Source: a virus (taxonomy: Duplodnaviria; Caudoviricetes). From it: 51,241 nucleotides of DNA. Shown piece by piece: positions 9,598 through 19,152 of this stretch. How positions within the stretch are numbered: the first letter of the stretch is position 1; each line of letters begins with the position of its first letter. The position numbers were made by a program, and so were the translations under genes. Location: the IMG/VR virus record IMGVR_UViG_3300042363_001418, positions 1-51,241 of that record. One strand, written 5' to 3'. The notes beneath the pieces are model-generated. The model was not told where the DNA came from. It was given only the letters and a program-made list of their open reading frames with translations, and did not search any database.

Positions 9598-10314
9598 ATG
9601 TTCGATTATATAAGAGTAGGAACAACTCTACCAGAGTTGCCAGATGCAATCATCTCTCACTGGGGAGATAAAGTAAGTGATATTGCCTTTCAAACGAAAG
9701 ACACGCCAAATCAAGCAATGTCAACCTATAGGATTGATGGGAATGGTCAATTGTGGTTTAAGAAGGTTGAAGGTCATTGGGATGAGGGCAAAAAGGTTGC
9801 TGACGATGCCCCGTTTAGTGAAAAGATAGCCGCAATGGGTCGCTTTGTAGTCGATGCAGAGTGGTATGAGAAAGAATGTTTTAGCGGAAACATTTGCTTC
9901 TATGAAAGCTATAGTCATCCAGAATATCATGAACTCGATGATCATGCTGGAAATAGCGATGATTGGATGAGGTTCGTCCGTGGGTGGGTCGAATATTCTG
10001 CACTCTTTAAAGATGGTAAGTTAATTGGTGATATAGAGTTGGTTAAACATGAAGAACCTCAAAAGCTATCTGATGAAGAGCTTGCAGAAAGTAAAGCAAA
10101 GGTTGCAGCTCAACGCAAAAAAATGGAAGAGCAGTTTAAAGAAAATCGTAAAAAATACCCTACTGTTGAACAAAAGCTTATTGACAATATTGATCGTGAG
10201 TGTAAACTTGTAGAGGTGATTATGGATGAAGATGATCTTAGTTACGCTTTGAGTAATATTAGGATTCTAATAAAGGAATATAGAAAAAATATTGATAGAT
10301 GGTATGAAAGCTGA
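9598..10314 (+). CDS. Conserved-looking phage hypothetical protein
   Basis: MFDYI...FQTKD...WVEYSALFKDG pattern. Confidence 0.7.
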   Translation: MFDYIRVGTTLPELPDAIISHWGDKVSDIAFQTKDTPNQAMSTYRIDGNGQLWFKKVEGHWDEGKKVADDAPFSEKIAAMGRFVVDAEWYEKECFSGNICFYESYSHPEYHELDDHAGNSDDWMRFVRGWVEYSALFKDGKLIGDIELVKHEEPQKLSDEELAESKAKVAAQRKKMEEQFKENRKKYPTVEQKLIDNIDRECKLVEVIMDEDDLSYALSNIRILIKEYRKNIDRWYES

Positions 10315-10480
10315 AGAAGAAAAACTATACACTTTTCGCGGTAAGACGTTTCCATGTAATCCGAAAATAATACAACAATTGAACCTAGCACTTACCTATA
10401 ACAGAGCAAAAGAACGTTATGAAGAAGTTAAATCAAGAACAACAGACGAAAGTAGAGACAGCGAAAGAAGCGGTAATTAA
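10304..10480 (+). CDS. Hypothetical protein
   Basis: Short ORF overlapping neighbours. Confidence 0.4.
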   Translation: MKAEEEKLYTFRGKTFPCNPKIIQQLNLALTYNRAKERYEEVKSRTTDESRDSERSGN

Positions 10481-10622
10481 GCTTCAAGAAGCGCAAGAAA
10501 TTATCTATTCCGACTTAACTAAAGAAATTGGTTGGGATAACGATTGGCTTTATGATTACATCTTTAATTGCTCTGCAGAAGATGAGTATTCTATTAAAGT
10601 AAGAGGAGAAATTTTTGAATAA
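10419..10622 (+). CDS. Hypothetical protein
   Basis: ORF in operon. Confidence 0.6.
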   Translation: MKKLNQEQQTKVETAKEAVIKLQEAQEIIYSDLTKEIGWDNDWLYDYIFNCSAEDEYSIKVRGEIFE

Positions 10623-10624
10623 TT

Positions 10625-10846
10625 ATGGCAACAGGAAATATAGCTAGAAACGATATTACAGGTCGGTTTATTAAATCAGAACCACCTACAGCAAAATATA
10701 CAGCAAATTTTGACGATGCGTTTAAAAAGAAATCACTTCGTGTGTGGTATCTTGAAGAAGGTATTATAATTGACGCGGACGGTGATGAGTATGAAGCTCT
10801 TGTAGGTTATTCAGAATTTAGAACTCACTTTAAAAACAATCAATAA
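10625..10846 (+). CDS. Hypothetical protein
   Basis: ARNDITG..IKS motif; ORF in operon. Confidence 0.65.
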   Translation: MATGNIARNDITGRFIKSEPPTAKYTANFDDAFKKKSLRVWYLEEGIIIDADGDEYEALVGYSEFRTHFKNNQ

Positions 10847-10847
10847 T

Positions 10848-11087
10848 ATGAAATTAATTTTAGCGAGTGCAGGTTGGTGCGGTCCGTGTCAAGTAGTTAA
10901 GTCACGTCTTAAAGCTGACAACCTAACTGATAAGGTTGAAGTAAAAGATGCAGACGTTGATATTGCATTCTTTAAAGAAAATAACATTAAGTCTGTTCCG
11001 CGTCTTTTGGTTATGGAAAATGAAAAAGTCGTAGATATAATTCAAGGTACAGAAGATATTATTAAACGCATTAAGCAGGATCAATGA
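10848..11087 (+). CDS. Thioredoxin/glutaredoxin-like protein
   Basis: WCGPC active site and SVP cis-Pro motif. Confidence 0.85.
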   Translation: MKLILASAGWCGPCQVVKSRLKADNLTDKVEVKDADVDIAFFKENNIKSVPRLLVMENEKVVDIIQGTEDIIKRIKQDQ

Positions 11088-11518
11088 GCTATAACCTTTT
11101 TCTAGATGACTTGCGTAAGCCAGAGCATGCATATATCCATCCTAAACGTGATGGAAACAGTATCGTTATAACATCGCATAGTTTAAAAAATATGTCAGGT
11201 GTGTCTAACGATGCATGGGTCATCGTTCGCACCTATGAAGATTTTGTGAGAACAATCGAAGAGAGAGGAATTCCTAATGCAGTAAGTTTTGACCATGATT
11301 TGGATGAAGAACACATTCGCCACTATTACAAGGTCACAGAAGCTACCGGTGTTATTGAGTATGCAAATTTAAAGGTAAAGACAGGAAAACATTGCGCAGA
11401 ATATTTTGTACAAAAGTATAAAGAACTATGCCCTCCATACATTCCTCATGTGTATGTGCACAGCGCAAATCAATGGGGAGTACAAGAAATTAAAAACACA
11501 TTAAAAGAAATTTGTTAA
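11084..11518 (+). CDS. Cyclic-phosphate-processing receiver-domain protein
   Basis: LFLDDLR, SFDHDL, KTG, VHSAN motifs. Confidence 0.75.
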   Translation: MSYNLFLDDLRKPEHAYIHPKRDGNSIVITSHSLKNMSGVSNDAWVIVRTYEDFVRTIEERGIPNAVSFDHDLDEEHIRHYYKVTEATGVIEYANLKVKTGKHCAEYFVQKYKELCPPYIPHVYVHSANQWGVQEIKNTLKEIC

Positions 11519-11519
11519 A

Positions 11520-12038
11520 ATGATTAAAAGAATATTCCAAGACCTAGATGAGTGTATCTTGCATACATATGCAAACAGCATGCCGCCTAGCGAGTATGTT
11601 GAGTTTATACTCAGTGAAGACATGCATACCTATCGTACGATGATTCGTCCGTGCGCAAAGCGCCTCTTTGAATACTACAACAGTGTCGTAGGCAAAGAAA
11701 ATGTTTATATTCTTACAAGCGCAACTCGTGACTATGCTGAAAGCTTGAATCGACTCGGTGAATTTGGTTTAGATAGCGATCACATTTACACACGCGAAGA
11801 CATTCAGCAGTATAGCATTTCACATGGCTATGGTGGCGAAGGCACTCTTCCAATGCCTATCGCAGACAAAGACAATGTATTGATTGATAATCTTCCACCT
11901 CGCTATAATTACAACAAGATGGACATGATGGGCATTGTCACTAAAAACTATTATCAAACAAGAGAGTATTATGGCTTGAATGATGATGACGAATATTTCT
12001 TTGAAGATGTTGTAGAGTTTATCAAAGCAAGACTGTGA
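11520..12038 (+). CDS. HAD-superfamily (NIF/FCP1-like) phosphatase
   Basis: DLDECILH, IRP, LTSA..YA, LIDN. Confidence 0.75.
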   Translation: MIKRIFQDLDECILHTYANSMPPSEYVEFILSEDMHTYRTMIRPCAKRLFEYYNSVVGKENVYILTSATRDYAESLNRLGEFGLDSDHIYTREDIQQYSISHGYGGEGTLPMPIADKDNVLIDNLPPRYNYNKMDMMGIVTKNYYQTREYYGLNDDDEYFFEDVVEFIKARL

Positions 12039-12313
12039 AATATAAAATTACAATCAGTGAAGGTTGCACCGCTTTTTATACCGAAATCAACGAAAAGATT
12101 GTTGGTGGTGAGTATGAACCGACTTGTCTAACTGACGCAGAGACTGATGAGTTTGTAGATTATCTTTGTGAGCAGTTTAAAAAAGAATTAAAACAGCACA
12201 CTGTCTCACTCAATGATTTGATTCAATGCTTTCAACCAGATAATTGGGAAACTGAGGATGAGAGTTGTGATCAATGCGGTGATAGTGTGCATAGAAAACA
12301 TTGGGAGTTTTAA
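12035..12313 (+). CDS. Hypothetical protein
   Basis: ORF with C-terminal CDQCGD. Confidence 0.6.
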   Translation: MKYKITISEGCTAFYTEINEKIVGGEYEPTCLTDAETDEFVDYLCEQFKKELKQHTVSLNDLIQCFQPDNWETEDESCDQCGDSVHRKHWEF

Positions 12314-12356
12314 TTTTCTTATTTACTTTTTAAAGGAACTATGATATAATGTCCTT

Positions 12357-12554
12357 ATGAACGACCTGAGTCCACATGAAATTTACAATATTATCGAAGT
12401 AACAAAACTTCGTGAATTTGTCGAGCTTGTGTCAAATGGCAAACGACCAGACGGCACATACAACTATTGTCGTGAGGCATTAGAAAAGAAAGCGCAGCAA
12501 CTGTTGCAAGAATTAAAAGAAATTAAACAAGACGGATTGAGAAATCTTTGCTAA
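12357..12554 (+). CDS. Hypothetical protein
   Basis: Follows GGAAC promoter at 12335. Confidence 0.65.
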   Translation: MNDLSPHEIYNIIEVTKLREFVELVSNGKRPDGTYNYCREALEKKAQQLLQELKEIKQDGLRNLC

Positions 12555-12555
12555 C

Positions 12556-12750
12556 ATGATTATGACAACTGTACCCGATAAAAAAGATTTAAAAAGAATC
12601 GACAAATATAATTCTTTGACTCAACTTATGATTCTCAAAGATATTTGTAATCGCATGTATATTGCACGAAACATTACAATGTCACAAGATTCTATAGTTG
12701 ATAACTTAGAAAAGATTGATAGACTATTTAGAGATGAAAACTACAATTGA
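12556..12750 (+). CDS. Hypothetical protein
   Basis: ORF in operon. Confidence 0.6.
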   Translation: MIMTTVPDKKDLKRIDKYNSLTQLMILKDICNRMYIARNITMSQDSIVDNLEKIDRLFRDENYN

Positions 12751-13006
12751 CGTTGTTCGAGAATGTTCTGGAGCAATTATGTCAATTTGCTGTATGACTG
12801 CAGCTTTACCACAAATTTTTAAAGTGCTTAAAACAAAACATGCATCAGATCTTTCACCTCATAGTATTTGTATTGGATTGCTATGTGCTGTCTCTGGACT
12901 CATATACACACTAACTGGTCCATACGGAGTGTGGTTGTTAATTAATTGTATAAGCGGTATTATACTTCAGTCTATAGTATTAATTTGTTGGTCAAAATAT
13001 AAATGA
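12734..13006 (+). CDS. PQ-loop/SemiSWEET-like small transporter
   Basis: ALPQIFKVLKTKHASDLS motif and three hydrophobic helices. Confidence 0.75.
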   Translation: MKTTIDVVRECSGAIMSICCMTAALPQIFKVLKTKHASDLSPHSICIGLLCAVSGLIYTLTGPYGVWLLINCISGIILQSIVLICWSKYK

Positions 13007-13010
13007 TAAT

Positions 13011-13313
13011 ATGAAAGAGATTCAATTTGTATCTGAGTTGACTGAAGCAGAAGTACGACAATTGCTGTTTGATATCTACGAGCGCATTCCAATCGCGGGT
13101 GAAGATCTGTCTTACTCAGCACTGCCAGATAAAATTACACGTGTTGTCAATGAAGCGCATCGTCTCTTTAAGCTAGAAGAAGCGGTAACAAAATATATTG
13201 TTGACGAATGCAATAATGGAGATATTGGTGTTCAAGATCCAATTAATTTTTTACTTGCATCTCATCGTATGCTGAGATATAATCTACACGACACTTGGAA
13301 AGAAGAATATTAA
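13011..13313 (+). CDS. Hypothetical protein
   Basis: ORF in operon. Confidence 0.6.
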   Translation: MKEIQFVSELTEAEVRQLLFDIYERIPIAGEDLSYSALPDKITRVVNEAHRLFKLEEAVTKYIVDECNNGDIGVQDPINFLLASHRMLRYNLHDTWKEEY

Positions 13314-13314
13314 T

Positions 13315-13905
13315 ATGATAATAGATACATATACAACTAATTTTTGCAGAGTTTTCAAACATCCATCATTGCTGTTTAACAGCTTTTTTTGGTGGGATGT
13401 GAGATACAAGATTTCTGCATGGTTTAATCCACGCCAAAAGTGGCTAACTAAAACTATTCCTAACACATGGTGTGACAAGGTAACTCTTATTCCTCATTTG
13501 CTTTTTACTTGTCTCACACACTATGTAGAAGACGAAAAAGGTCTTCAAGATCATACTGATTGGACTGAAGATCTTGAAAAGGGATATATCTCGCAAGAGT
13601 ATGTTGATAGTGTTAAAAATACTGATAATGAACTTCGTGAAGTTTATAATTATATTAAAACTGAACGTCCCGAACTTGAAAAACAACATGAGAATTCTTA
13701 TCCAACACCAAGTTCAAAAGCAATCAATGATATTTTTATTAAAGAGGAAGATGGCAATTGTACAATGAAAAGCTGTGAGGAGCTTTATGGTATGCCGTAT
13801 AAAGAAGCATATGCTGAGGTTCATCGTCTTGAAGCGCTAATTGAAGAAAAAGATATGTGGGCTATGAAGACTATCGTTAAACACTATCAAAAAATGTGGA
13901 CATGA
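13315..13905 (+). CDS. Hypothetical protein
   Basis: 196-aa ORF in operon. Confidence 0.7.
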   Translation: MIIDTYTTNFCRVFKHPSLLFNSFFWWDVRYKISAWFNPRQKWLTKTIPNTWCDKVTLIPHLLFTCLTHYVEDEKGLQDHTDWTEDLEKGYISQEYVDSVKNTDNELREVYNYIKTERPELEKQHENSYPTPSSKAINDIFIKEEDGNCTMKSCEELYGMPYKEAYAEVHRLEALIEEKDMWAMKTIVKHYQKMWT

Positions 13906-14711
13906 ACATCCAAAGTTGTCTAGAGTGCGATGCTTTAGCAAGTCATGGCTATAATGACGGTCCATGTGATAAACATACAAATATGAAATATAAATCAGTA
14001 GAAGAATTAAAAGAACATATTCTAAGTGAAATAGAGGATGGTGATATATTTGAAGAGTATCTCTTTAAAAAATATCCTCGTTTGTTTCCAACTAATGAGA
14101 ATGGAGAGTTATTGCCACAAAGTCAACGTTGTTGGAATGATTGTCCAATTGGATGGATGAGCATTGTCGATTCATTGTTTGGTTGTATTGATGACTATGT
14201 GTCTAATCATAAGCATACTGAAATTAATCCTAAGCAAAGACTTCGTCTAAAGCTTCGTCAACTATATTGGAAGTATGTGAGAGATCCAATTTATAGAAAG
14301 TTCAATCCATATAGAGATTTTGAAAAGCGACTGCCCAAAGGCGCAAAGTTTGCTTCTCCAAGCAATGAAGAAAGAGAAAAAATTAACAAAACTTTTGCTG
14401 CATGTATTCGTAATATTGTAAGTACGATTGATAAAATTCTTTTTAATCGTCTAGATCTTTATATTGGAGTCTCTCCACCTGCTGTAACGATAGCTCAATA
14501 CAAAGAAAAGTTTGGCACTCTACGTGTCTATTATGATGGTGGCAATGATGTTGTAAAAGGTATGGTTCGTTATGCCGAACATCTTTCTTCACTTACTTGT
14601 CAAGATACTGGAAAGCGTGGACAACTATGCAAGCGTGGATCGTGGTATGCTACATTGTGTGATGAAGAAGCACAGAAAGAAGGTTATAAGCCTGTTGATG
14701 AGGAACTTTAA
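13896..14711 (+). CDS. Conserved phage protein
   Basis: C..GW..IV, QYKEKFGTLRVYY, TCQDTG, W..TLC motifs. Confidence 0.7.
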   Translation: MDMNIQSCLECDALASHGYNDGPCDKHTNMKYKSVEELKEHILSEIEDGDIFEEYLFKKYPRLFPTNENGELLPQSQRCWNDCPIGWMSIVDSLFGCIDDYVSNHKHTEINPKQRLRLKLRQLYWKYVRDPIYRKFNPYRDFEKRLPKGAKFASPSNEEREKINKTFAACIRNIVSTIDKILFNRLDLYIGVSPPAVTIAQYKEKFGTLRVYYDGGNDVVKGMVRYAEHLSSLTCQDTGKRGQLCKRGSWYATLCDEEAQKEGYKPVDEEL

Positions 14712-14723
14712 TATAATAAAGGT

Positions 14724-15395
14724 ATGAGCAAGCCAATTTACATAGTAGGAGACATCCATGGTAAATGGGATCATCTCTTTTTGAAAATTAAAGCGTCAGA
14801 AATTCGTAACTTTACTTTGATTGGAGTAGGAGATTTGGGCGTTGGATTCTTGGACGCTGATAAGCAAGCTCGTCAGTTTGACTATATCAATAGCTTTTTT
14901 GGTGGTAAGGGCATTGACTTTATTGGCATTCGTGGTAATCATGACGATCCATCCTATTTTAATGGCAGCATCGATCGCAGTAATTTTAAGTTGCTCCCAG
15001 ACTATACATCGCTTACTCTAAATGATAAAGAGTTTTTGTTTGTTGGAGGCGCTGTTAGTATTGATCGTAAGATTCGAAAAGAAGGAGTGTCGTATTGGAC
15101 TGATGAAAAGTTTGTCTTAGATCATTCTAAAATAAAACGTTGTGATGTACTAGTGACTCATAGCGCACCTACATGGAGCGGTCCATTTGACAAAGATGGA
15201 ATTTCTAGTTGGTGTGATCGTGATGAAACGCTTTGGGATGAGTGTTTACAAGAGCGCAAAGATCATGACGTGTTGATCAAACTTTGTGGAGCGTCTCGTC
15301 ACTATTGTGGTCATTTTCATACCTTTTCTTTAGTTGACTTTGATGGATGTGTGAGTACAATATTAGATGAATTAGAGATAAAAGAAATAAGATAA
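14724..15395 (+). CDS. Calcineurin-like metallophosphoesterase
   Basis: GDIHG, GDLG, RGNHD, THSAP, GHFH. Confidence 0.9.
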   Translation: MSKPIYIVGDIHGKWDHLFLKIKASEIRNFTLIGVGDLGVGFLDADKQARQFDYINSFFGGKGIDFIGIRGNHDDPSYFNGSIDRSNFKLLPDYTSLTLNDKEFLFVGGAVSIDRKIRKEGVSYWTDEKFVLDHSKIKRCDVLVTHSAPTWSGPFDKDGISSWCDRDETLWDECLQERKDHDVLIKLCGASRHYCGHFHTFSLVDFDGCVSTILDELEIKEIR

Positions 15396-15479
15396 TGACG
15401 AACGATATTATATTATATTTTTAGCTTTATGATTTTTGCAGTAACTGCTATCCTTATACTAGATAGAACTGACTGATTT

Positions 15480-15872
15480 ATGAAAAGTAAGTATTTTAAA
15501 TGCGAATGTGGGTGTGGTGTTCTTAATATAGAATACGACCCTGATTGGGGCTTAAATATTGCGATGTATGAACGCTGCGTTTCTAGATCGTGGTGGAATC
15601 GTATTCGTCTTGCGTGGAGTGCATTGCGTGGAAGACCATATACTGATATGGTTATTCTAAATAATCAGCAGGTAGCTGATCTTGTAGATTATCTATTTGT
15701 AGTTCAAAATCACGATCAGTACGAGTCACAAACTATACATTCTATTATTGAAAAGCTTCATGAATACGATAGTAAACAAGCTATTGATGCTATACTAGAA
15801 TATTTAAAACAGCTACCATCAAACTCTCATACACAACGTTTGATTTCTGAAATTAAACCATTACAATACTAA
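15480..15872 (+). CDS. Hypothetical protein
   Basis: ORF with N-terminal CECGC. Confidence 0.65.
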   Translation: MKSKYFKCECGCGVLNIEYDPDWGLNIAMYERCVSRSWWNRIRLAWSALRGRPYTDMVILNNQQVADLVDYLFVVQNHDQYESQTIHSIIEKLHEYDSKQAIDAILEYLKQLPSNSHTQRLISEIKPLQY

Positions 15873-15873
15873 T

Positions 15874-16149
15874 ATGAACTACGATAAAATGACACCGATT
15901 AAGGTTACAATCGAGGGTGGGCTTAATCCTGATAGGAAGCTCGAGCTTACAATGACACCATACGCTGATCTAAGTGATTGGATTGATACATTTAAAACTA
16001 TCTTAATTAATCAAACATTTACTGAAGATACTGTAAAGGAGTTGTTTGAAGAGCCTGAGTTTGTTAGTGATGATGATTTCGATGACGATAGCGAAGATAT
16101 CAACATTGACTGCAAATCGCCAAAAAGTAACTGGAAAGATGAATTTTAA
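15874..16149 (+). CDS. Hypothetical protein
   Basis: ORF in operon. Confidence 0.6.
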   Translation: MNYDKMTPIKVTIEGGLNPDRKLELTMTPYADLSDWIDTFKTILINQTFTEDTVKELFEEPEFVSDDDFDDDSEDINIDCKSPKSNWKDEF

Positions 16150-16309
16150 TGATGAATTGGAAGCTGTTAGCTTTCTCGAAAAACAAGGAATTACCGTATC
16201 AACCGAGCTATGTATCTTTTTACCTAAGAAGAATACATATGTGGACGAGGTGCATGAGACTATTGATTATCTGATTGATGTTTGGGATTATACTTTAAAT
16301 TACATTTAA
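16139..16309 (+). CDS. Hypothetical protein
   Basis: Start moved to ATG 16139 (MNFNDEL). Confidence 0.5.
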   Translation: MNFNDELEAVSFLEKQGITVSTELCIFLPKKNTYVDEVHETIDYLIDVWDYTLNYI

Positions 16310-16345
16310 AGTTGAACTCATTGATAATCAGTATATAATAAACAG

Positions 16346-16771
16346 ATGAAAATTATTAGCCTAATAATATCGTGTCTTATGTTATCGTGTACACCTATTG
16401 CATTAGCTAAAGATAATAACGTTACATCTAAGTATTCACAAGTATACACAGCTAGAATTACTTATTATAGCACAGATGGTAAATGGGGTAACAGAGTAGC
16501 ATGTCAGAGATCTAAACGCGCTAAAGAGGGAGTCTCAGTAGCAGCTCATCCAAATTTTAAGTTTGGTACTAAGCTTTACATACCTGAACTTAAAGGTAAG
16601 ATCGGCAATGGTAACTTTATTGTGCAGGATAGAGGCAGCGCAGTTACTAGTAAGAAAGCATCCAGAGGTAAAGCGTATGTATTCGATATATATGTAACTT
16701 CACACTCAAAAATCCATAGGTTTGCGCATTCGCAACCAGAATACATGAAAGTTTATGTACAAAAGCCATAA
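16346..16771 (+). CDS. 3D-domain (MltA-like) cell-wall protein with signal peptide
   Basis: RITYY, VAAHP, FGTKLYIP, VQDRGSAV, FDIY. Confidence 0.8.
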   Translation: MKIISLIISCLMLSCTPIALAKDNNVTSKYSQVYTARITYYSTDGKWGNRVACQRSKRAKEGVSVAAHPNFKFGTKLYIPELKGKIGNGNFIVQDRGSAVTSKKASRGKAYVFDIYVTSHSKIHRFAHSQPEYMKVYVQKP

Positions 16772-16782
16772 ATAATATGTAA

Positions 16783-17100
16783 ATGGATTCAGAAAAATCT
16801 CTATTTGAAGAGTTTATAAATGGTGGGTGGATTATACCGGTAATAGGTGCTGCTTCAATGTTAGCACGTTTATTATCAATGGGTGACAGCTCAGGTTTGG
16901 TGTGTCAACTTAAGAAAATCTTTGTTGCGTCATTAACCTCTACTATTATGTGGACTTTAATACACGACTTAGCTATTCTTGATTTACACAAGGCTGTTAT
17001 ATATGGTATAACAGGAGTTATCTCACCTGAGATAATACAGGGAATCGTTAACTTCGGTAAGAAGTTTTCTAAATCTCCAGATAAGTTTATAAAGAAGTAA
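16783..17100 (+). CDS. Holin-like membrane protein
   Basis: Three hydrophobic segments, basic C-terminus, lysis region, TAAATA upstream. Confidence 0.5.
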   Translation: MDSEKSLFEEFINGGWIIPVIGAASMLARLLSMGDSSGLVCQLKKIFVASLTSTIMWTLIHDLAILDLHKAVIYGITGVISPEIIQGIVNFGKKFSKSPDKFIKK

Positions 17101-17129
17101 AAAAAGAGAGCTTAATACAGCTCTCTTTC
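17101..17129. terminator. Bidirectional terminator between convergent genes
   Basis: aaaaagagagct taatac agctctcttt. Confidence 0.55.
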
Positions 17130-17345
17130 TAATTTTCTATAACGAGCATCTGAATGCCACACTTCATCAGTCTGAGGTGTATATACACCGTCTTTAGTTA
17201 TAACAGCTTTACCCTTTTCCAGAGAGAGAATAGACGGCTGATAGATGTTCAAGGGTTTTACGTTCGTTGATGAGCTCGGAGCGCAGGATGTCAGCGCGAT
17301 CATTGCTATCATTAGTCCCTTTAGCACGTAGTTCTTCGATTTCAT
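17112..17345 (-). CDS. Lipoprotein, putative o-spanin
   Basis: MIAMIALTSC lipobox (start may be 17312); overlaps upstream coiled-coil gene. Confidence 0.55.
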   Translation of the reverse strand: MKSKNYVLKGLMIAMIALTSCAPSSSTNVKPLNIYQPSILSLEKGKAVITKDGVYTPQTDEVWHSDARYRKLERELY

Positions 17346-17469
17346 TTGTTAGTTCTTTCTGTCTAGCTTTAGATTTTTGAATTATATCATAATAGAACGC
17401 CTTGTTCTTCAACTCCAGATAAGAAGTTAAAGCACCCAAGGCGTTCTTTATTAGACCTATAAAGTCCAT
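17209..17469 (-). CDS. Putative i-spanin-like coiled-coil protein
   Basis: Amphipathic N-terminus, coiled coil, overlapping lipoprotein gene. Confidence 0.5.
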   Translation of the reverse strand: MDFIGLIKNALGALTSYLELKNKAFYYDIIQKSKARQKELTNEIEELRAKGTNDSNDRADILRSELINERKTLEHLSAVYSLSGKG

Positions 17470-17477
17470 TTACGATA

Positions 17478-17672
17478 TTAGTTGTCGTCGCCTTTTTGCT
17501 TAGCCTTACCGATGTTTAATGCTAAGACATCGATAACCTTATAGAGCATTGCAAGCGGAGTACCAGGAGTTGGTGTTGGTGTTGAAGCAGCGATAGTTGA
17601 AGCTAAAGCAACAACTGCTGATAAAATACCGAACCATTCTTGGCCTTGGAGTAGTTGAATAATTTGTTCCAT
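17478..17672 (-). CDS. Small holin-like membrane protein
   Basis: ASTIAASTPTP...YKVIDVLALNIGKAK; start MEQII at 17672. Confidence 0.55.
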   Translation of the reverse strand: MEQIIQLLQGQEWFGILSAVVALASTIAASTPTPTPGTPLAMLYKVIDVLALNIGKAKQKGDDN

Positions 17673-17713
17673 AACATAAGTATTTATTCCTTTTTTCATA
17701 AATATTTACGATT

Positions 17714-18994
17714 ATGAAAATCGCATTAGACATATTAACATCAGTATTAAAGTACTTAACTACACCTACAGCTAAATCAGTAGCGCAGTCAAGTGCAAAA
17801 CCATCAGCTCCAGCACCAGTTGCTGCACCAGTACCAGCTCCAGTACAAGAGCCTGAACTACCAATATCCCAAAAAGCTTTAGATTTAATTATCAAGCATG
17901 AAGTAGGCGGCGGTGAAGCTTATTATAACAAGGCACTTAAGAAGCCATGCTACCCAGGCGGTGCTTCTGGTGTAACAATCGGCGTTGGTTATGACTTAGG
18001 TTATAACACCGATGATCAATTCACATCAGATTGGGGTAAAGTACTCACAGGCGATGTATTTAGCAGATTATCCAAATGTTTAGGTGCTAAAAGCTCATCA
18101 GCTAAGTCATTAATACCTTCTGTAAAGGATATTGAGATACCATGGGAGAGCGCTCTTAAGGTGTTTAAAGAGAGTACATTACCGAGATTTGTAAATGAAA
18201 CACTTAAAGCATTCCCAGGTGCTAATGAGCTTCATCCAGATGCATTTGGTGCTCTTGTATCTCTTGTATTCAATAGAGGTGCAGCTGTAACTGGTAAGAA
18301 TCGTGAAGAAATGAAAAACATTCGCGGTCTTATTGCTGGTAAAGACTATGCAGCAATTGCTAAAGAGATTACAAACATGAAGCGTATTTGGGTTGGAAAA
18401 GGTCTAGACGGTCTACTAAGACGTAGAGATGAAGAAGCAGCTCTTGTAAAGGGTTCAACAAAAGCTCCTATCGTAACATCATCAACTACAGCATCAGCTC
18501 CTGCAGCTGTACAAGCTCCTCTAGCAGTAAAGTTAGTTGAATTAGCTAGGAAAGAAATTGGTGTTCAAGAAGTAAATGGCACTAACTGCGGTCCAAGAGT
18601 TAACGAATATAAATCAGCAACCTCCTTAGATCCAGAACAAGGATGGCCATGGTGTGCAGCGTTCATCTGCTGGTTAATGCGCGAAGCTATGAAAGACAAT
18701 TCGTATACATTCAAGAGACCAACAACAGCAAGTGCTTGGGGATTTGAAGATTGGGCAGCAAAACAGAATAATAAAGTTCAACTTAAGAAGCCTCACAAAG
18801 ATGATATCAAAGCTGGCGACATTGTTATGTTTACCTTCTCACACATTGGTTTAGCTATAAGCGATCCTCAAGACGGTTACATCGATACAATCGAAGGTAA
18901 TACCGATGGCCAAGGATCACGCGAAGGTGGAGCAGTACTTCTCAAGAAGCGTAAGCTTTCAGCAATTCGTAGTAGAATCAGAATAACTGTATAA
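17714..18994 (+). CDS. Dual-domain endolysin: lysozyme (GH24/pesticin-like) plus CHAP amidase
   Basis: HE...PGGASGVTIGVGYDLG, ALVSLVFNRG, GLLRRRDEE; PWCAAF, SHIGL, TIEGNT. Confidence 0.85.
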   Translation: MKIALDILTSVLKYLTTPTAKSVAQSSAKPSAPAPVAAPVPAPVQEPELPISQKALDLIIKHEVGGGEAYYNKALKKPCYPGGASGVTIGVGYDLGYNTDDQFTSDWGKVLTGDVFSRLSKCLGAKSSSAKSLIPSVKDIEIPWESALKVFKESTLPRFVNETLKAFPGANELHPDAFGALVSLVFNRGAAVTGKNREEMKNIRGLIAGKDYAAIAKEITNMKRIWVGKGLDGLLRRRDEEAALVKGSTKAPIVTSSTTASAPAAVQAPLAVKLVELARKEIGVQEVNGTNCGPRVNEYKSATSLDPEQGWPWCAAFICWLMREAMKDNSYTFKRPTTASAWGFEDWAAKQNNKVQLKKPHKDDIKAGDIVMFTFSHIGLAISDPQDGYIDTIEGNTDGQGSREGGAVLLKKRKLSAIRSRIRITV

Positions 18995-19025
18995 AAAATC
19001 ATACAACTAGATTAAATAAACTTAC

Positions 19026-19094
19026 ATGCAAAGCGCTTATACAACAGTAACTGTACTACCTGGCAATAATTGCCCAGGATGGTACGTTATTTAA
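19026..19094 (+). CDS. Putative 22-aa leader peptide MQSAYTTVTVLPGNNCPGWYVI
   Basis: TAAATA at 19013, then ATG; overlaps alternative hairpins before a terminator. Confidence 0.4.
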   Translation: MQSAYTTVTVLPGNNCPGWYVI

Positions 19095-19118
19095 GCTCGC
19101 TTTTCATTCCTGGTACAT

Positions 19119-19152
19119 AAAAAAAGCGAGCCCTAAAAAGGCTCGCTTTTTT
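19119..19152 (+). terminator. Rho-independent terminator
   Basis: aaaaaagcgagcc...ggctcgctttttt. Confidence 0.8.
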
